Shown here piece after piece: positions 53,355-64,000 of a stretch of 64,000 bases of DNA. This stretch comes from Guillardia theta CCMP2712. Lineage: Eukaryota; Protista; Cryptophyta. How positions within the stretch are numbered: position 1 is the first letter of the stretch; each line of letters begins with the position of its first letter. The notes below the pieces were generated by a model. That model ran no database searches and was not told where the DNA came from. It was given only the letters and a program-made list of their open reading frames with translations. The DNA lies in assembly GCF_000315625.1 (NCBI RefSeq), contig NW_005434658.1, positions 277,139 to 341,138 of the forward strand, read 5' to 3'. The translations under genes were made by a program, and so were the position numbers.

Positions 53355-54843
53355 ATGGCTTCGCCGATGGAGGTAAGGAAGTTGCTGTGGAGGCAGGAGG
53401 GAGGAATCAACTGAAGATTCTCTTGATGCTGGTTATGTGTGATAACGATATGCAGCAGTGGGGAATGGGATGAGGAAGAGGAAGAAGGAATGTTGAGAGA
53501 AGAGGTTGGATGGAGAAAGAACTATTACAGACAACCGCGGTCTGATTCTTCCGGTCTGATTCTTCCTCAGATTTTGCAGTTTGTAGCATCGGACCCTGCA
53601 TTGAGAAGCATAGGAAAAATCATAGCAACGCTGTTAGTTTCCTTGTTTTCAATCAGCCTCATGCTCAAGAGGACTGGGAGTGGCTACTGGCTAGCACCAA
53701 AGACGTCGAAGTCGAAGAGGGCCTGTGAGTTGTGGTTCTTGGTCTATGGATGTTTCTGGATATCTTGCTTTGGTATCATCATCGCTCTGCGTCTGTACGA
53801 CGATTTCGATAGGAAGGACTACTTTCTAGTGTGCGGCGGGCTTATGCTTCCCCTCCTCCTGCAACCCGTCTTGTTTCCCAAGATCACGGCGGATGACGGC
53901 CGTCCTCTCCTGGAGAGACATTCCTTCAAAGCCAACGTATGGATCTTTATCTTTGGATTCATTGGCAACTACTGGTGACACCACTTACTCTTGCAAGAGG
54001 CTGATCGTTGACTTGCTGCACAACAGGTACACACACTACTTCTACAACGTTCTGAAAGCATCCTACACGATGAAGAGCTGGGATGTGAACGGAGTTCCCA
54101 TTCCCATGTTCTTTGCTACGCATTTCTACTTCACGTTTTATCATGCCCTGTCAAACATGGCAATTAGAAAAGCTGTCTCGACGTACGAAAACAGCTTTGC
54201 AAGAACCATTTACCTCATGCTGCTCATATTCACCATGTCATATATCACGGCATTCATGGAAGCCTTGACTATTTCGGGGTGACAGCTGCTTGGATTATTT
54301 TGCTCCTGCTCATGACCCACGATTCAGATTTTCCTGCTACTCCTTTGCAGACCGACACATGGCGTGGATACTTGGCTCAGCGTTCTACGGGTGTGATAAC
54401 ATGTGGTATTTCTGTCGCTCGATGTGACAAGCTTGTGCCCATAGGATATACTTCATTGTCTCATTCCCAATGTATTACCGAGTGGATGAACTCAAAGTGC
54501 CTCACTCTGCATTCCAAGCTGCCATCGAGAGTTTGGCATCGGTAAGACAAAGTGCTAGCAGTCATGTGGTGTTTTTACTCACACCCTTACCCTCAGGGTA
54601 TGATGGTCCTTTGTCTGCTAGACTTTGTTCGAGTTTATCTGAATCTAGTGAGTTGTGTTCAATTTTTCTTTCATCTAATTCATATCTCTCGTCTCCGGGA
54701 GCATTGCACCTTTGAGGTGGAATAGAATTGGAGTTTAATGATTCTCTTTCTGTTTGAAACAGGATCTGGAATTTCGCCTCAATCGACCCTGCAAGCTTGA
54801 TGGATCGTTGACTTGCGCTCCTTTCACTGGACAGATATGTTAA
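53355..54843 (+). CDS. CPI1: Cycloeucalenol cycloisomerase (cyclopropyl sterol isomerase), multi-exon
   Basis: SKRACELWFL, KANVWIFIFGFIGNYW|YTHYFY.VLKASYT, NGVPIPMFFATHFYFTFYH, TAFMEALTI, GSAFYG|IYFIVSFPMY, GMMVLCLLDF. Confidence 0.92.
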
Positions 54844-54927
54844 ATTCTCACTCTCAAAATGTTTATTGAAAAGATCGGTTGTACTCACGACTTTCCCTTG
54901 AACATATATTGCGAAGGCTACCACCTC

Positions 54928-55962
54928 CTAAATGTCTTGTTCCAACAACTCGTTGATCACTGCCAGCCGCTCCCCGCGCCGCAGCTCGAAGTTCACGTCA
55001 TCTCCTCCCAGCACCTGATAGATCAGCTTCGCGTCCTTGCGCGCAGCATTCGCAAGCACCACAACTACCAGCCCCTCGTTCGCCATCTGCTGGGAGATGT
55101 GGCTGATTCTCTCCTCCGCTGCTTCCGGCAGAGCTCGATGCAGCAGCTTGGTGAGATCTGCGACGACTTCATCGAGCTTCTCGTCCCTTACCCCTTCCCT
55201 GTGATCTTTCTTTACGTGAAGGTGGCTCTCGGCCTCGGACGCGATGATTCTGCCCTGTCGTGCTGCTTCTGCCTTCGCCTCCTTCCCCCAGAAGAGGCCC
55301 AATGTCGAAAACATGCCCCACCCACTGTACTGGATCGGCATGAGAACGCTCATTGTGTAGCCGAAATGAAGCACAGTCGTCAAGAAGATGGCTCCCGTCG
55401 CAATCGTTGCCGTCCAGGCCGCCCAGGCATCATCGCGCAGCCATTGTGCCAGCACCCCAAGCGCAACAAGCAGCACACAGCTCAAAAACGTCGAGACGAA
55501 ATAAATCATGGTCAACCCCTCGGACTTGCTCAGGATCCCATAAAGTGTCGAGGGCATCTCCGCAGCGATAGCCAGCAGGATGTAGGTGGTGAACATCACG
55601 TTGAGAGCGTTGATCGTCATGCACAGCTCGGCCAGCAGGTTGAAGCAGTTGGCAAGCGTCCTCTTGTCTGCACTGATGCTCGAGACGTCTACCGGAGTCA
55701 GCGAGACACTGGTGACTCCCGAGAGGATGAGAGCTGCCATGAGGTTTACGTTGGAGTACATGGCCATGGTCCGGTCTACCACGTACTCTGCAGGGACCCT
55801 GAGCAGCTGCTTGAATGTTGGGTTATGCAGGTAAAACTTCGGATTTCTGAGATCACAAAGGATCTTCTCGAAATCTTCTGGTATGCTGATCTTAGCCTGC
55901 AGCGAGTTTTCCCTTTCGCTGTCATGCCCAACAGTTTCAGGTTGGTGTATCGAATCAATCAT
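54928..55962 (-). CDS. Uncharacterised multi-pass membrane protein, 344 aa, intronless; paralogue A
   Basis: Long ORF with about 4 hydrophobic segments; highly similar to 62915-63952. Confidence 0.8.
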   Translation of the reverse strand: MIDSIHQPETVGHDSERENSLQAKISIPEDFEKILCDLRNPKFYLHNPTFKQLLRVPAEYVVDRTMAMYSNVNLMAALILSGVTSVSLTPVDVSSISADKRTLANCFNLLAELCMTINALNVMFTTYILLAIAAEMPSTLYGILSKSEGLTMIYFVSTFLSCVLLVALGVLAQWLRDDAWAAWTATIATGAIFLTTVLHFGYTMSVLMPIQYSGWGMFSTLGLFWGKEAKAEAARQGRIIASEAESHLHVKKDHREGVRDEKLDEVVADLTKLLHRALPEAAEERISHISQQMANEGLVVVVLANAARKDAKLIYQVLGGDDVNFELRRGERLAVINELLEQDI

Positions 55963-57208
55963 CGGGTACGATGGAAGTTAGTACCACGAGGAAATCCAGT
56001 ACGTTCTGGTCGTTCAAGCATCATGAGCACGGGCGACAAATTCATATGATCTCTCGATCGACGTGTGCCATTTCGTCTCTCATGCCACAACTAACGCCCG
56101 CATCATGGCATTATATTGCTTTCGTTGTATTCCCATTTCCGTCCGGCGTGTGCAAAACAAATTTAGCTTACGGAGATGAATATCAAATAGATTAGCTGAG
56201 TTTTTAAACCGCAAGATAGAAGTGTAGTAAATAAGGTAACTTTGTTTTAGTCAAATTACGTCATCACAAAAAGGTTGCTCAGCACGATGGTGAAGAAGCC
56301 TGAAATCGAGATTTTTAAAAGAAGTTTTAGAATGGGTGGACTTTACTTTATATTTCAAATTTACATCAGTAATTTGATAAATATTTTCGAAACGTGCCAA
56401 TCAGGATTTTCACAACCGTGCCCGAATCGGGTGGGTCCCACTGGTCATTGAGCTAATAGTACCCCTCATTTTCCTAAAACTGAATGGGATAATGGAGGGT
56501 AGGTACAATTGACAATACCTCCCCTCCACGTCCTCGGACTTACATGGACCCTCCCCACTTCCTACCTCTCGTCGACGGTAAAACCACCCCTCATACTAGC
56601 ACCCCCTTCCGGGCTGGATATGCGCAGGCCAGTAACGATGCTGTGAAGGGAGCGAGGCGCTTCTTCACGTTCCCTCCGGTCCTCTCCTCCTTCAGGCCTC
56701 CTTTGTCCATCTTCTCATTACCTGTGTTCACTCCTAGTCCTTTCATTGTGTCTCCAGGTCAAACTCATCTGAACCACCCTTGACCTCGACTGCCGCTGTG
56801 CTGGCTGCAAGGCAGAGGCTTTGTTTGAATCTGTAACAATAATCGGTTACTCTTCCAAGCGCTGTCTGAATCAGTCGCCTTGACATGAAAATACTTTGTT
56901 CCTTCGATAAAGAGTTTTTATCGCTTCCTCCAAGCGAAAAGGTTTGAAGGAACAAATCAAAACAAAACCATCTTTACACTGCACGACAAGGCCAGTGTAA
57001 GAATTTAGCAGCGGCAGTCTCAATCCATTTTTCAATTAATCTATAGATGAATTGACATTTGATCTGCTTATTGCGATTTCGATTGAGGGCTTATTCCTTT
57101 CGTCCACTTTTGAACAAAACACTGAGCAGCAGATTTCGGTCAGTTAAATCCTCTTGGGAAGTCCATGAGTTAGGAAACTGTTCTACTCGGCACCTGGCAA
57201 GATACAAA

Positions 57209-58185
57209 ATGCCTCGCCCGGCACTTGAGCAATCCCGGAGAAGTCGCCCCACCGATCACGTGGCAAGGACGAGAGGGAACACAAGAAGGCGGAGCAGCTT
57301 GTTGAGTTTGGCAGTTCCAGCAGAGCATTTCTGCTGCGGATGTTGCACTCCACTGGCAAGAGCAGTGACGTACACATGTTACTTGATGATCTTTTACACT
57401 GTACACAATGTCACAATATTTGCGATTCAGCATCTATCAAACGATTCTGCTGGCCCTCACCGGTTGCAGTGGTCAACCGCGCTCCAGTGGATTCTGTTGC
57501 TACTTCGGATTTTTGACATTTTCGGTTACACTGTTGGTGTGTTTGCAGTAAGGAACAGGGATCTGTGGAAAGCGAAGATTTTTTACATCTCCCTAATTAT
57601 TGGAGCGATCCTGAGAACAGCTTACTGGATAACACATTTGATTACAATTAACAAGTATTGTGCGGAAGTGCCCTCTTCAAACTGTCATTCCAGCAATTTT
57701 ACAGATGGGATGTGGAATTTGGTGGTAGCAGTGATCCTCTACAATTACCTTGCGTACATTGCGTGGTCCTTCAGAATCCGCTTGGAGGACGGCAGTGCCT
57801 ACGGTGTGATACGACAACCTCAAACAGGGGAGTACATTTTTGGGGTTTCCAGTGAGTTGTATCGAGCATCATCGCTGATTCACCATCGGCCGCAAATTCC
57901 GATGCTTGTCGTTTACGCTCGTCCTTTCGGGGAGTATCTTCACAGCAAGGTCGAGCCTGCGTTGGGTGAGACAGGCGGATCTCTTTGGATGTATTGTCGC
58001 TGACTGAGCATTGTAGGGATGCCTTTGACGGACCGTCCATTGGAGACATCAAGACAAGAGGCTGTTCTGGGACGTGCAGCATGGCCCGCACCAGTGTCGT
58101 CTGTGGACATGGATGGCCATGGATTGAGCAGCGATGCCATGGAGGCAGGACGAGATGTGGATTATTCGTCGTCGGACGACATGTA
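57209..58185 (+). CDS. Hypothetical four-TM membrane protein with a CCGCC motif before TM1; 3' exon structure uncertain
   Basis: ORF 57059..58003 has four hydrophobic helices and a Cys pair in the second loop; a probable downstream exon follows about 58015. Confidence 0.6.
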
Positions 58186-58864
58186 AGCTATCATGTTTGT
58201 GACTCGTGACCTCACTTTTCAATTGACTTTCTCTTGTTGCTCCAGGTATTCTTTGGAGATTGTTGGGCTGTCGAATCAACAAATCGAGGAGAGGTTGAAT
58301 TAAGTTTTTCCTGATGGCTTTCAGGAGAGACTCAGTTATTTTTTTTCCACCGTGGCATGTCACAGTTTTGTTTTGGAACGCATCTCGATAACTGCTCTAG
58401 GCAGTCTATCCTCTCAGTTTTCGCCGGTTATTTTCATTGGTACCGTGATTTACACTGTGATTCGCAGTCGAAAGGTTCAGTGAGAGCGCTCTGATCACTG
58501 TCAATGATTGACTCTCAGTGTGACGGCCCGCTTTGTTTCACGGTGGCTTGTTATAATCCTTGCCCATAAATGAAGTTGCTACCAAGCTGACCGATTCCAT
58601 GGGCCGCATGCCACGCGCGCCGACCGTCACCGTTAAGTTCCGGGCCCCTCGTCACGGTGGCAACCGTTGAACTTCCGAACTCCGCCCGGCCCGGCCGTTC
58701 CGAAACTTGAAACCAAATTGGGCCCGGCGGCGCACCGCGGTGACGGTGACCGTGCGCTGCCGGGGCCCGGCCCCCCGGGCCACTGGCACTTGGCCGGGCT
58801 GACACTGGCTCGGAGTCACCGATAATGATGACTCAGTGAGCTAGCACTTAATTATAATCATGAA

Positions 58865-58918
58865 TCGACTCTCCTGATTGTCCTCGTACTGATTTTTGAC
58901 TTAACTTTGAGTAAAGAA
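58865..58918 (+). repeat. Dispersed ~54-bp conserved non-coding element, copy 3
   Basis: 53/54 identical to 4839-4892. Confidence 0.9.
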
Positions 58919-59490
58919 TCCTACGTGAGGACTACGGCTCAGTGAATGCTGCCGCGCCCCCGGGCCCACCCCACGCCCCCGGGCCCACCCCACGCCGCCC
59001 CGGCGGCCCCCGCCCCGGGCCGCCGGGCCGCAGGCCGGGCCGGGGCCAGGGGGGGGATGAGGGTCAGCGCAATGGCTCTTCGGTGATGGGTAAGATGTTT
59101 GGAGGAGATTGGCAGGAGAGAGAAGGAAGGAGAGAAAGATGGATCAAAGTATGAACAGATAGCAAGAAGAGAAGACACCTTGTTGTGATGCTCAGTGCTC
59201 CTTTAGTTCAGAAGGGTTTCACCTTCGTTTTCTTCTCATTTGCAGTCACTCGTGGCCAAGTAGTTTATGCCTTGCTAGTTTGCTTCATCTCCATGCGTTC
59301 ATCTATCTGCTCTAACACCCTCAAATCTGTTATCACGAATGCGATCCTGCGGACACAATGCCTCTGTCAGCTGGCTTGTTTTTTTGTGAATCTGCCAACA
59401 TCCATATTTCGACCGGAATGATACAATTATTTTTGGAAGTTTGTGTCCCTGATCATTGTCAATTTCGATCCCGCTTCATTGACTTTCTTC

Positions 59491-61459
59491 ATGGATTCAC
59501 AGGGGGGTCGGAATTTCTTATTGATTGTCAAAATACCTGAGCAACACGAATCTTAGTTGCGAGAATCATCGATTGGTACACCGCAGGGCCAACTTGCCAT
59601 AAGTAATGACTGAGGTGGATGCATCCTTGCACTGCCTCTAGTCTTGTATGACACCTGGTTAGATGCAATCGAAGCAGGGGATGAGCATCGATGAAGCTCT
59701 CGACCGCATCGGTGATCCCCATTCTTTTTCGCTGACATGGCCATGATGGTTTTCTTGAACAGATCTCGGAAGGGGTCAAATATTTTCCATTGCAACGATG
59801 TGCTTGCTCTGGATCGGTGAAGGCATGCAGATCTTCATCTTCTTCTACCTCCCGAAGGCTTTGAATGATGATTGGGGAACACCAGCGGATGACGTCGCAT
59901 GGATTGACGGTGATGATGAACCTGACTTGAAGATTGAAGTTCTTGTCGCTGAAATGAGACGTTACCAGGTGCGATGTTTCTTGGTGTAGCAATAGGCGCA
60001 CTGATCGGGGGATACACCGGAGATGCCTATGGCAGACGACCGACTTTGCTCTTCTTCGTGGGTCTTTCTGTCATCTCCGGCTTGTTCTGTTGGTGGTTTG
60101 CGCAAAGCTTCATTCATCTGCTCCTTGTCAGATTCGTTGTTGGTGTGGGAGCTGGGGGTTTCGCTCCGGTCTCGCTGTCACTGACCCTTGAAGCCTGTCC
60201 TTCACGGTACCGAGGCCGGGTTGCGTTGGCAGTTCCAGGGTTTGCTGGGGCGCTGGGGCGCGTCCTGACAGCTGCATTGGCAGAGGCCTTATATGACACT
60301 TCCTACAATCCACATTACGCAAGGTTCAATTGGAGAGGCTGCATCGTGATCTGCACGATCCCTTTCATCTTGGGATTCTGCCTTGGCGTTTATGCCATAT
60401 CGGAATCAGCAAGGTGGTTGCTTGTCAAGGGACGAGGTGAAGAAGCGAGTGATGGGCTGCACAACTTAGCCCTGAGGAATGGAACAGCGGACGAATTCCC
60501 CAAAGGAACTCAACTGAGGAAGGTGGAGTGTGACGAGCTGGAGGCGATGGATGACGTTTCGTGGCATCGACTCTTTATGGAGCCCTTGCTTACACCTCTC
60601 CTCCTCACCTCGATCTCACATCTCTGCATAGCAATCGCTTACTTCGGAATGATCTTCTCTCTTCCGGTGTACCTCGATGTTTACGGCGCGGCCCACGGAT
60701 GGACAGAGGAGCAGAAAGATCTCATCCTTGTCATAGTCGCGGTATCTGAGGTTCCGGCTCTGATGATTGCGATGTGGACCATTGAGATTTATGGCATCGG
60801 GAGACGGTACACAGTGATTGCAAGCATGATTGGTTGTGGGATTTCCTGCATAATCTTCAACTTTCACGTCGTCGCAACTGCCTTGAACAACACTTATGCG
60901 CTGGTCATCCCGAACTTCTTGGGGAGAGGGTTTGCTGCCGCGGCCTTGATCACTGGCAACGTGTACATGGCGGAGATGTTCCCCACTGGAACTCGAGCAG
61001 CTGCAGCTTCCATTTCCAGAGCCTCTGGTCAGGTTGGCGCAGCTCTTGCTCCCATCGCTGCAGGGTTCCTTCTTGTGGACTACAGGCAGGGAGACTATGG
61101 AATGTGGACAAAGTTGCAGCCTCTAAGAGTTTACGTTCTCTTTTCCATCTTCTCGTTTCTTGGAGCATTTCTCTTCTACGAGCTCGGTGCAGAAACAGCC
61201 GGAAGGCACCTTGCCAACACCCAGCAAGAGAGCATGGAGCAGGTAATTCATCCTTGCACTTTCTACTTCAATCTTACGTTTCCGGCTGCAGATCGAAGAG
61301 GCTCCAGATAAAAGTGAACTCCGCCTTTCATCGACCATAAAGGAGATCCTCGGCGACAAGAACCAAGCGACAGATTCCGAGAAGGAGGGCTTGCTGAAAG
61401 ACCTGCCAACGAAGGAAGCCGGCGATGAAGGATGGCAAGCTAAACCCTACCAGTATTGA
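59491..61459 (+). CDS. MFS transporter, SV2/SVOP-like
   Basis: IDEALDRIG, LLWIGEGMQI, GGYTGDAYGRRPTL, LEACPSRYRG, ESARWLLVKGR, GRRYT, YMAEMFPTGTRA, ETAGRHL. Confidence 0.9.
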
Positions 61460-61590
61460 TATTCATTAAGCACTTTATTGTACCTTGCATGCTGCGACAA
61501 ATCTTTCAAATGATGTTCAGCTACTCAGTGTTGCGTTGTTTTGACATCGACAAGGACAGCAAGCAGGATATCAGATTGGAGACAGAATGA

Positions 61591-62276
61591 TTATTTGTCC
61601 TGAATTCACATCAAGAGCGTGGCAGCGGGGACCCAAACAAATACCTTGTCGTGCTCTTCCTCTTCCTCTTCTTCCTCCTCCTCATCGTCATCATCATCGT
61701 CGTCATCCTCAAAATCCTGTCGTGATTGGCTCAGAAATTCTTTACGACATATGTTGTGTACCTCTGGCGGTCTTGGTCGTCCACTGGAGCCTACATGGAT
61801 CAAGGAAGACTTCATTCAACAAGCAACCGTAGACCAAGAAAACATGCATGAAAGACAAAAATGCAAAGTCCAAGACAAACATCAAGCGGGCGGTCAGACA
61901 AGGAAATCAAATATGTGGGAATATGGGAAGGCAGTTCATCAGTAGGACGTGCATGCATAGACGGGAAGGCATGCAGATACGCAGGCAGATATGATAGTAA
62001 ACAATTGAGTAAATTAGACAATCGAGCCACAAACTCATTCAGACATGTAGGCAGGCGGGCGGGCGAGAAGGCAGACGCAGCCAAGGGCGGTAGTTCATTC
62101 AATAACTGACCGGATCCAGCCTTGGCGAGAGTCTTCTTGACCTTTCCATCCGAGCTTTCTCCTCCTCCTCCTCCTCCTCCTCCTCCGATACATCCGCAAC
62201 CCATCAGCACCACAATCACGATCCCTGCCAGCATCGCCAGCACCGGCGCGAGCGACATCAGCCCCTCCTGCTCCAT
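61591..62276 (-). CDS. Small single-pass membrane protein with an acidic C-terminus, multi-exon
   Basis: MEQEGLMSLAPVLAMLAGIVIVVLMGCGC, poly-G, then exons ...GRPRPPE|DFEDDDD..EEEHDK|DK*. Confidence 0.5.
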
Positions 62277-62914
62277 TGCGCCCCTCCTTTCCCGCCACTA
62301 CCCCTACCCCTCTACAACACCATTCACATTCATTTCAAATTTTACCCCCAAATACAGAACATTGTTTTTGAAAATTTCAAAATAAAAGATGAAAAATAAT
62401 TGTTACTCCAAATGTTTAGACCTGCTACCCCTGCACCCCCACCTCCTCTGCAACAGAGGTCCAATTCTGGGTCCATGATTAGTTCCCCCGGCTCCCAGCC
62501 TGACAACATCCTGCGATGTTTTTCTTCTTCTTTTTTTCTTTTACAGTTTGATCACGACCCCCACAAAAGATTCCAGTAGAGGTGTTACCTGGTTACCCCC
62601 GAAAAAAAAATGTTTTTTTACTCCAGTACTAACATGTTACACTTGAGTAATATAAAACTGGGGGGAAGGAGCCGAGGTAGGCAGGTAGGAGGAGGGGAAG
62701 CAGGAAAGTAAGGCGAAGTGTGCGGGAGTTCTCATCGAGGAGGATCTGAGCAGTACTTTCATCCCTTATCCTTCCCTGCTCTGTGTTGTTTGCCGCCCTC
62801 GCAGTAGGCGGTGAGCTCTAGCTTCTCGAGGGCCTGGGGTATGCCTTGAAGCATCTCAGTTCAGTGCCAACAACTGCCCTGCAGGGTTCTGGTGGAGGAG
62901 AGCCTCACATCGCA

Positions 62915-63952
62915 ATGCACCGTCTCAGAGGAAAGCGCTCAGCGGTCAGGGGAGATGTGGCCATGGCTACTCCGCAAGAACTCTTGACACATGACAGCGA
63001 CAGGCAGAGGTTTCACAATATCCTACATGACCTCAGAAATCCAAGGCTGCGCATACACAACCCCACAACCAAACAGCTGCTCAGAGTCCCTGCCGAGTAC
63101 GTGGTAGACCGGACCATGGGCATGTACTCCAACGTAAACCTCATGGCAGCTCTCATCCTCTCGGGAGTCACCAGTGTCTCGCTGACTCCGGTAGACGTCT
63201 CGAGCATCAGTGCAGACAAGAGGACGCTTGCCAACTGCTTCAACCTGCTGGCCGAGCTGTGCATGACGATCAACGCTCTCAACGTGATGTTCACCACCTA
63301 CATCCTGCTGGCTATCGCTGCGGAGATGCCCTCTACCATCTACACCTTCCTGAGCAAGTCCGAAGGCTTGACCTTCATTTACTTCTTTGCGACGTTCCTC
63401 AGTGGAATTCTGATCTTGGTGCTGGGTGTGCTGGCACAATGGCTGCACGGAGATGCCTGGGCGGCCTGGACGGCAACGATTGCGACGGGAACCATCTTCT
63501 TGACGAGTGCAGTACACTATGGATACTTGATGAGCGTTCTCATGCCGATCCAGTACAGTGGGTGGGGTTTTTTCGCTTCGCTCAACCTCTTCTGGGGGAA
63601 GGAGGCGAAGGCAGAAGCAGCACGACAGGGCAGAATCATCGCGTCCGAGGCCGAGAGCCACCTTCCCCTGGAGAGAGAGTACCGGGAAGGGGTAAGGGAC
63701 GAGAAGCTCGATGAAGTCGTCGCAGATCTCACCAAGCTGCTGCATCGAGCTCTGCCGGAAGCAGCGGAGGAGAGAATCAGCCACATCTCCCAGCAGATGG
63801 CGAACGAGGGGCTGGTAGTTGGGGTGCTTGCGAATGCTGCGCGCAAGGACGCGAAGCTGATCTATCAGGTGCTGGGAGGAGATGACGTGAACTTCGAGCT
63901 GCGGCGCGGGGAGCGGCTGGCAGTGATCAACGAGTTGTTAGAGCACGAGTAA
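62915..63952 (+). CDS. Uncharacterised multi-pass membrane protein, intronless; paralogue B (inverted relative to A)
   Basis: Long ORF with blocks identical at DNA level to 54928-55962. Confidence 0.8.
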   Translation: MHRLRGKRSAVRGDVAMATPQELLTHDSDRQRFHNILHDLRNPRLRIHNPTTKQLLRVPAEYVVDRTMGMYSNVNLMAALILSGVTSVSLTPVDVSSISADKRTLANCFNLLAELCMTINALNVMFTTYILLAIAAEMPSTIYTFLSKSEGLTFIYFFATFLSGILILVLGVLAQWLHGDAWAAWTATIATGTIFLTSAVHYGYLMSVLMPIQYSGWGFFASLNLFWGKEAKAEAARQGRIIASEAESHLPLEREYREGVRDEKLDEVVADLTKLLHRALPEAAEERISHISQQMANEGLVVGVLANAARKDAKLIYQVLGGDDVNFELRRGERLAVINELLEHE

Positions 63953-64000
63953 CGAGGGAAGAGAAGGAGGCTATGGTACAAAAGAGTCGACCAGGTCCCT

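Noticed and set aside
62750-62935. Possible signal-peptide exon plus RLRG(K) for paralogue B as a third RLRGG-type leader
   Set aside because: The hydrophobic upstream frame has an in-frame stop and no ATG, and the motif is RLRGK, not GG.

Overview
Gene-dense eukaryotic nuclear DNA with many short spliceosomal introns (GT/GC-AG, usually with a CTGAC branch point), microsatellite-filled introns and two 100-N assembly gaps. Intron style, bipartite signal-peptide leaders and gene content suggest an alga with a secondary red plastid, most like a cryptophyte such as Guillardia theta. That assignment is an inference and was not checked. About 28 genes are present, mostly in alternating head-to-head and tail-to-tail pairs. 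Recognisable genes: PLAA/Doa1, a TCERG1/PRP40C-like WW-FF protein, an ABC1K kinase, an LRR protein, RRP41, a DYRK1-like kinase, a VPS9 GEF, a divergent eL22, an RBBP9 hydrolase, a CCDC148-like protein, RPT5, an E(z)-type SET protein, a chalcone-isomerase-fold protein, a type I metacaspase, a collagen-repeat protein, CPI1 and an SV2-like MFS transporter. Most notable: (1) two unrelated signal-peptide proteins (eL22-like and CHI-fold) carry a ubiquitin-tail mimic, (L)RLRGG, at the end of the putative presequence. This suggests a deubiquitinase-like maturation signal for periplastid import and a nucleus-encoded subunit for the nucleomorph ribosome. (2) An inverted pair of membrane-protein paralogues shows mosaic 100%-identical blocks, consistent with gene conversion. 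(3) A ~54-bp non-coding element recurs three times, each time sense-oriented upstream of a gene. (4) TACCCC/GGGGTA clusters mark 5' intergenic regions. (5) One gene has a collectin-like architecture. All exon boundaries were read by eye and are approximate.
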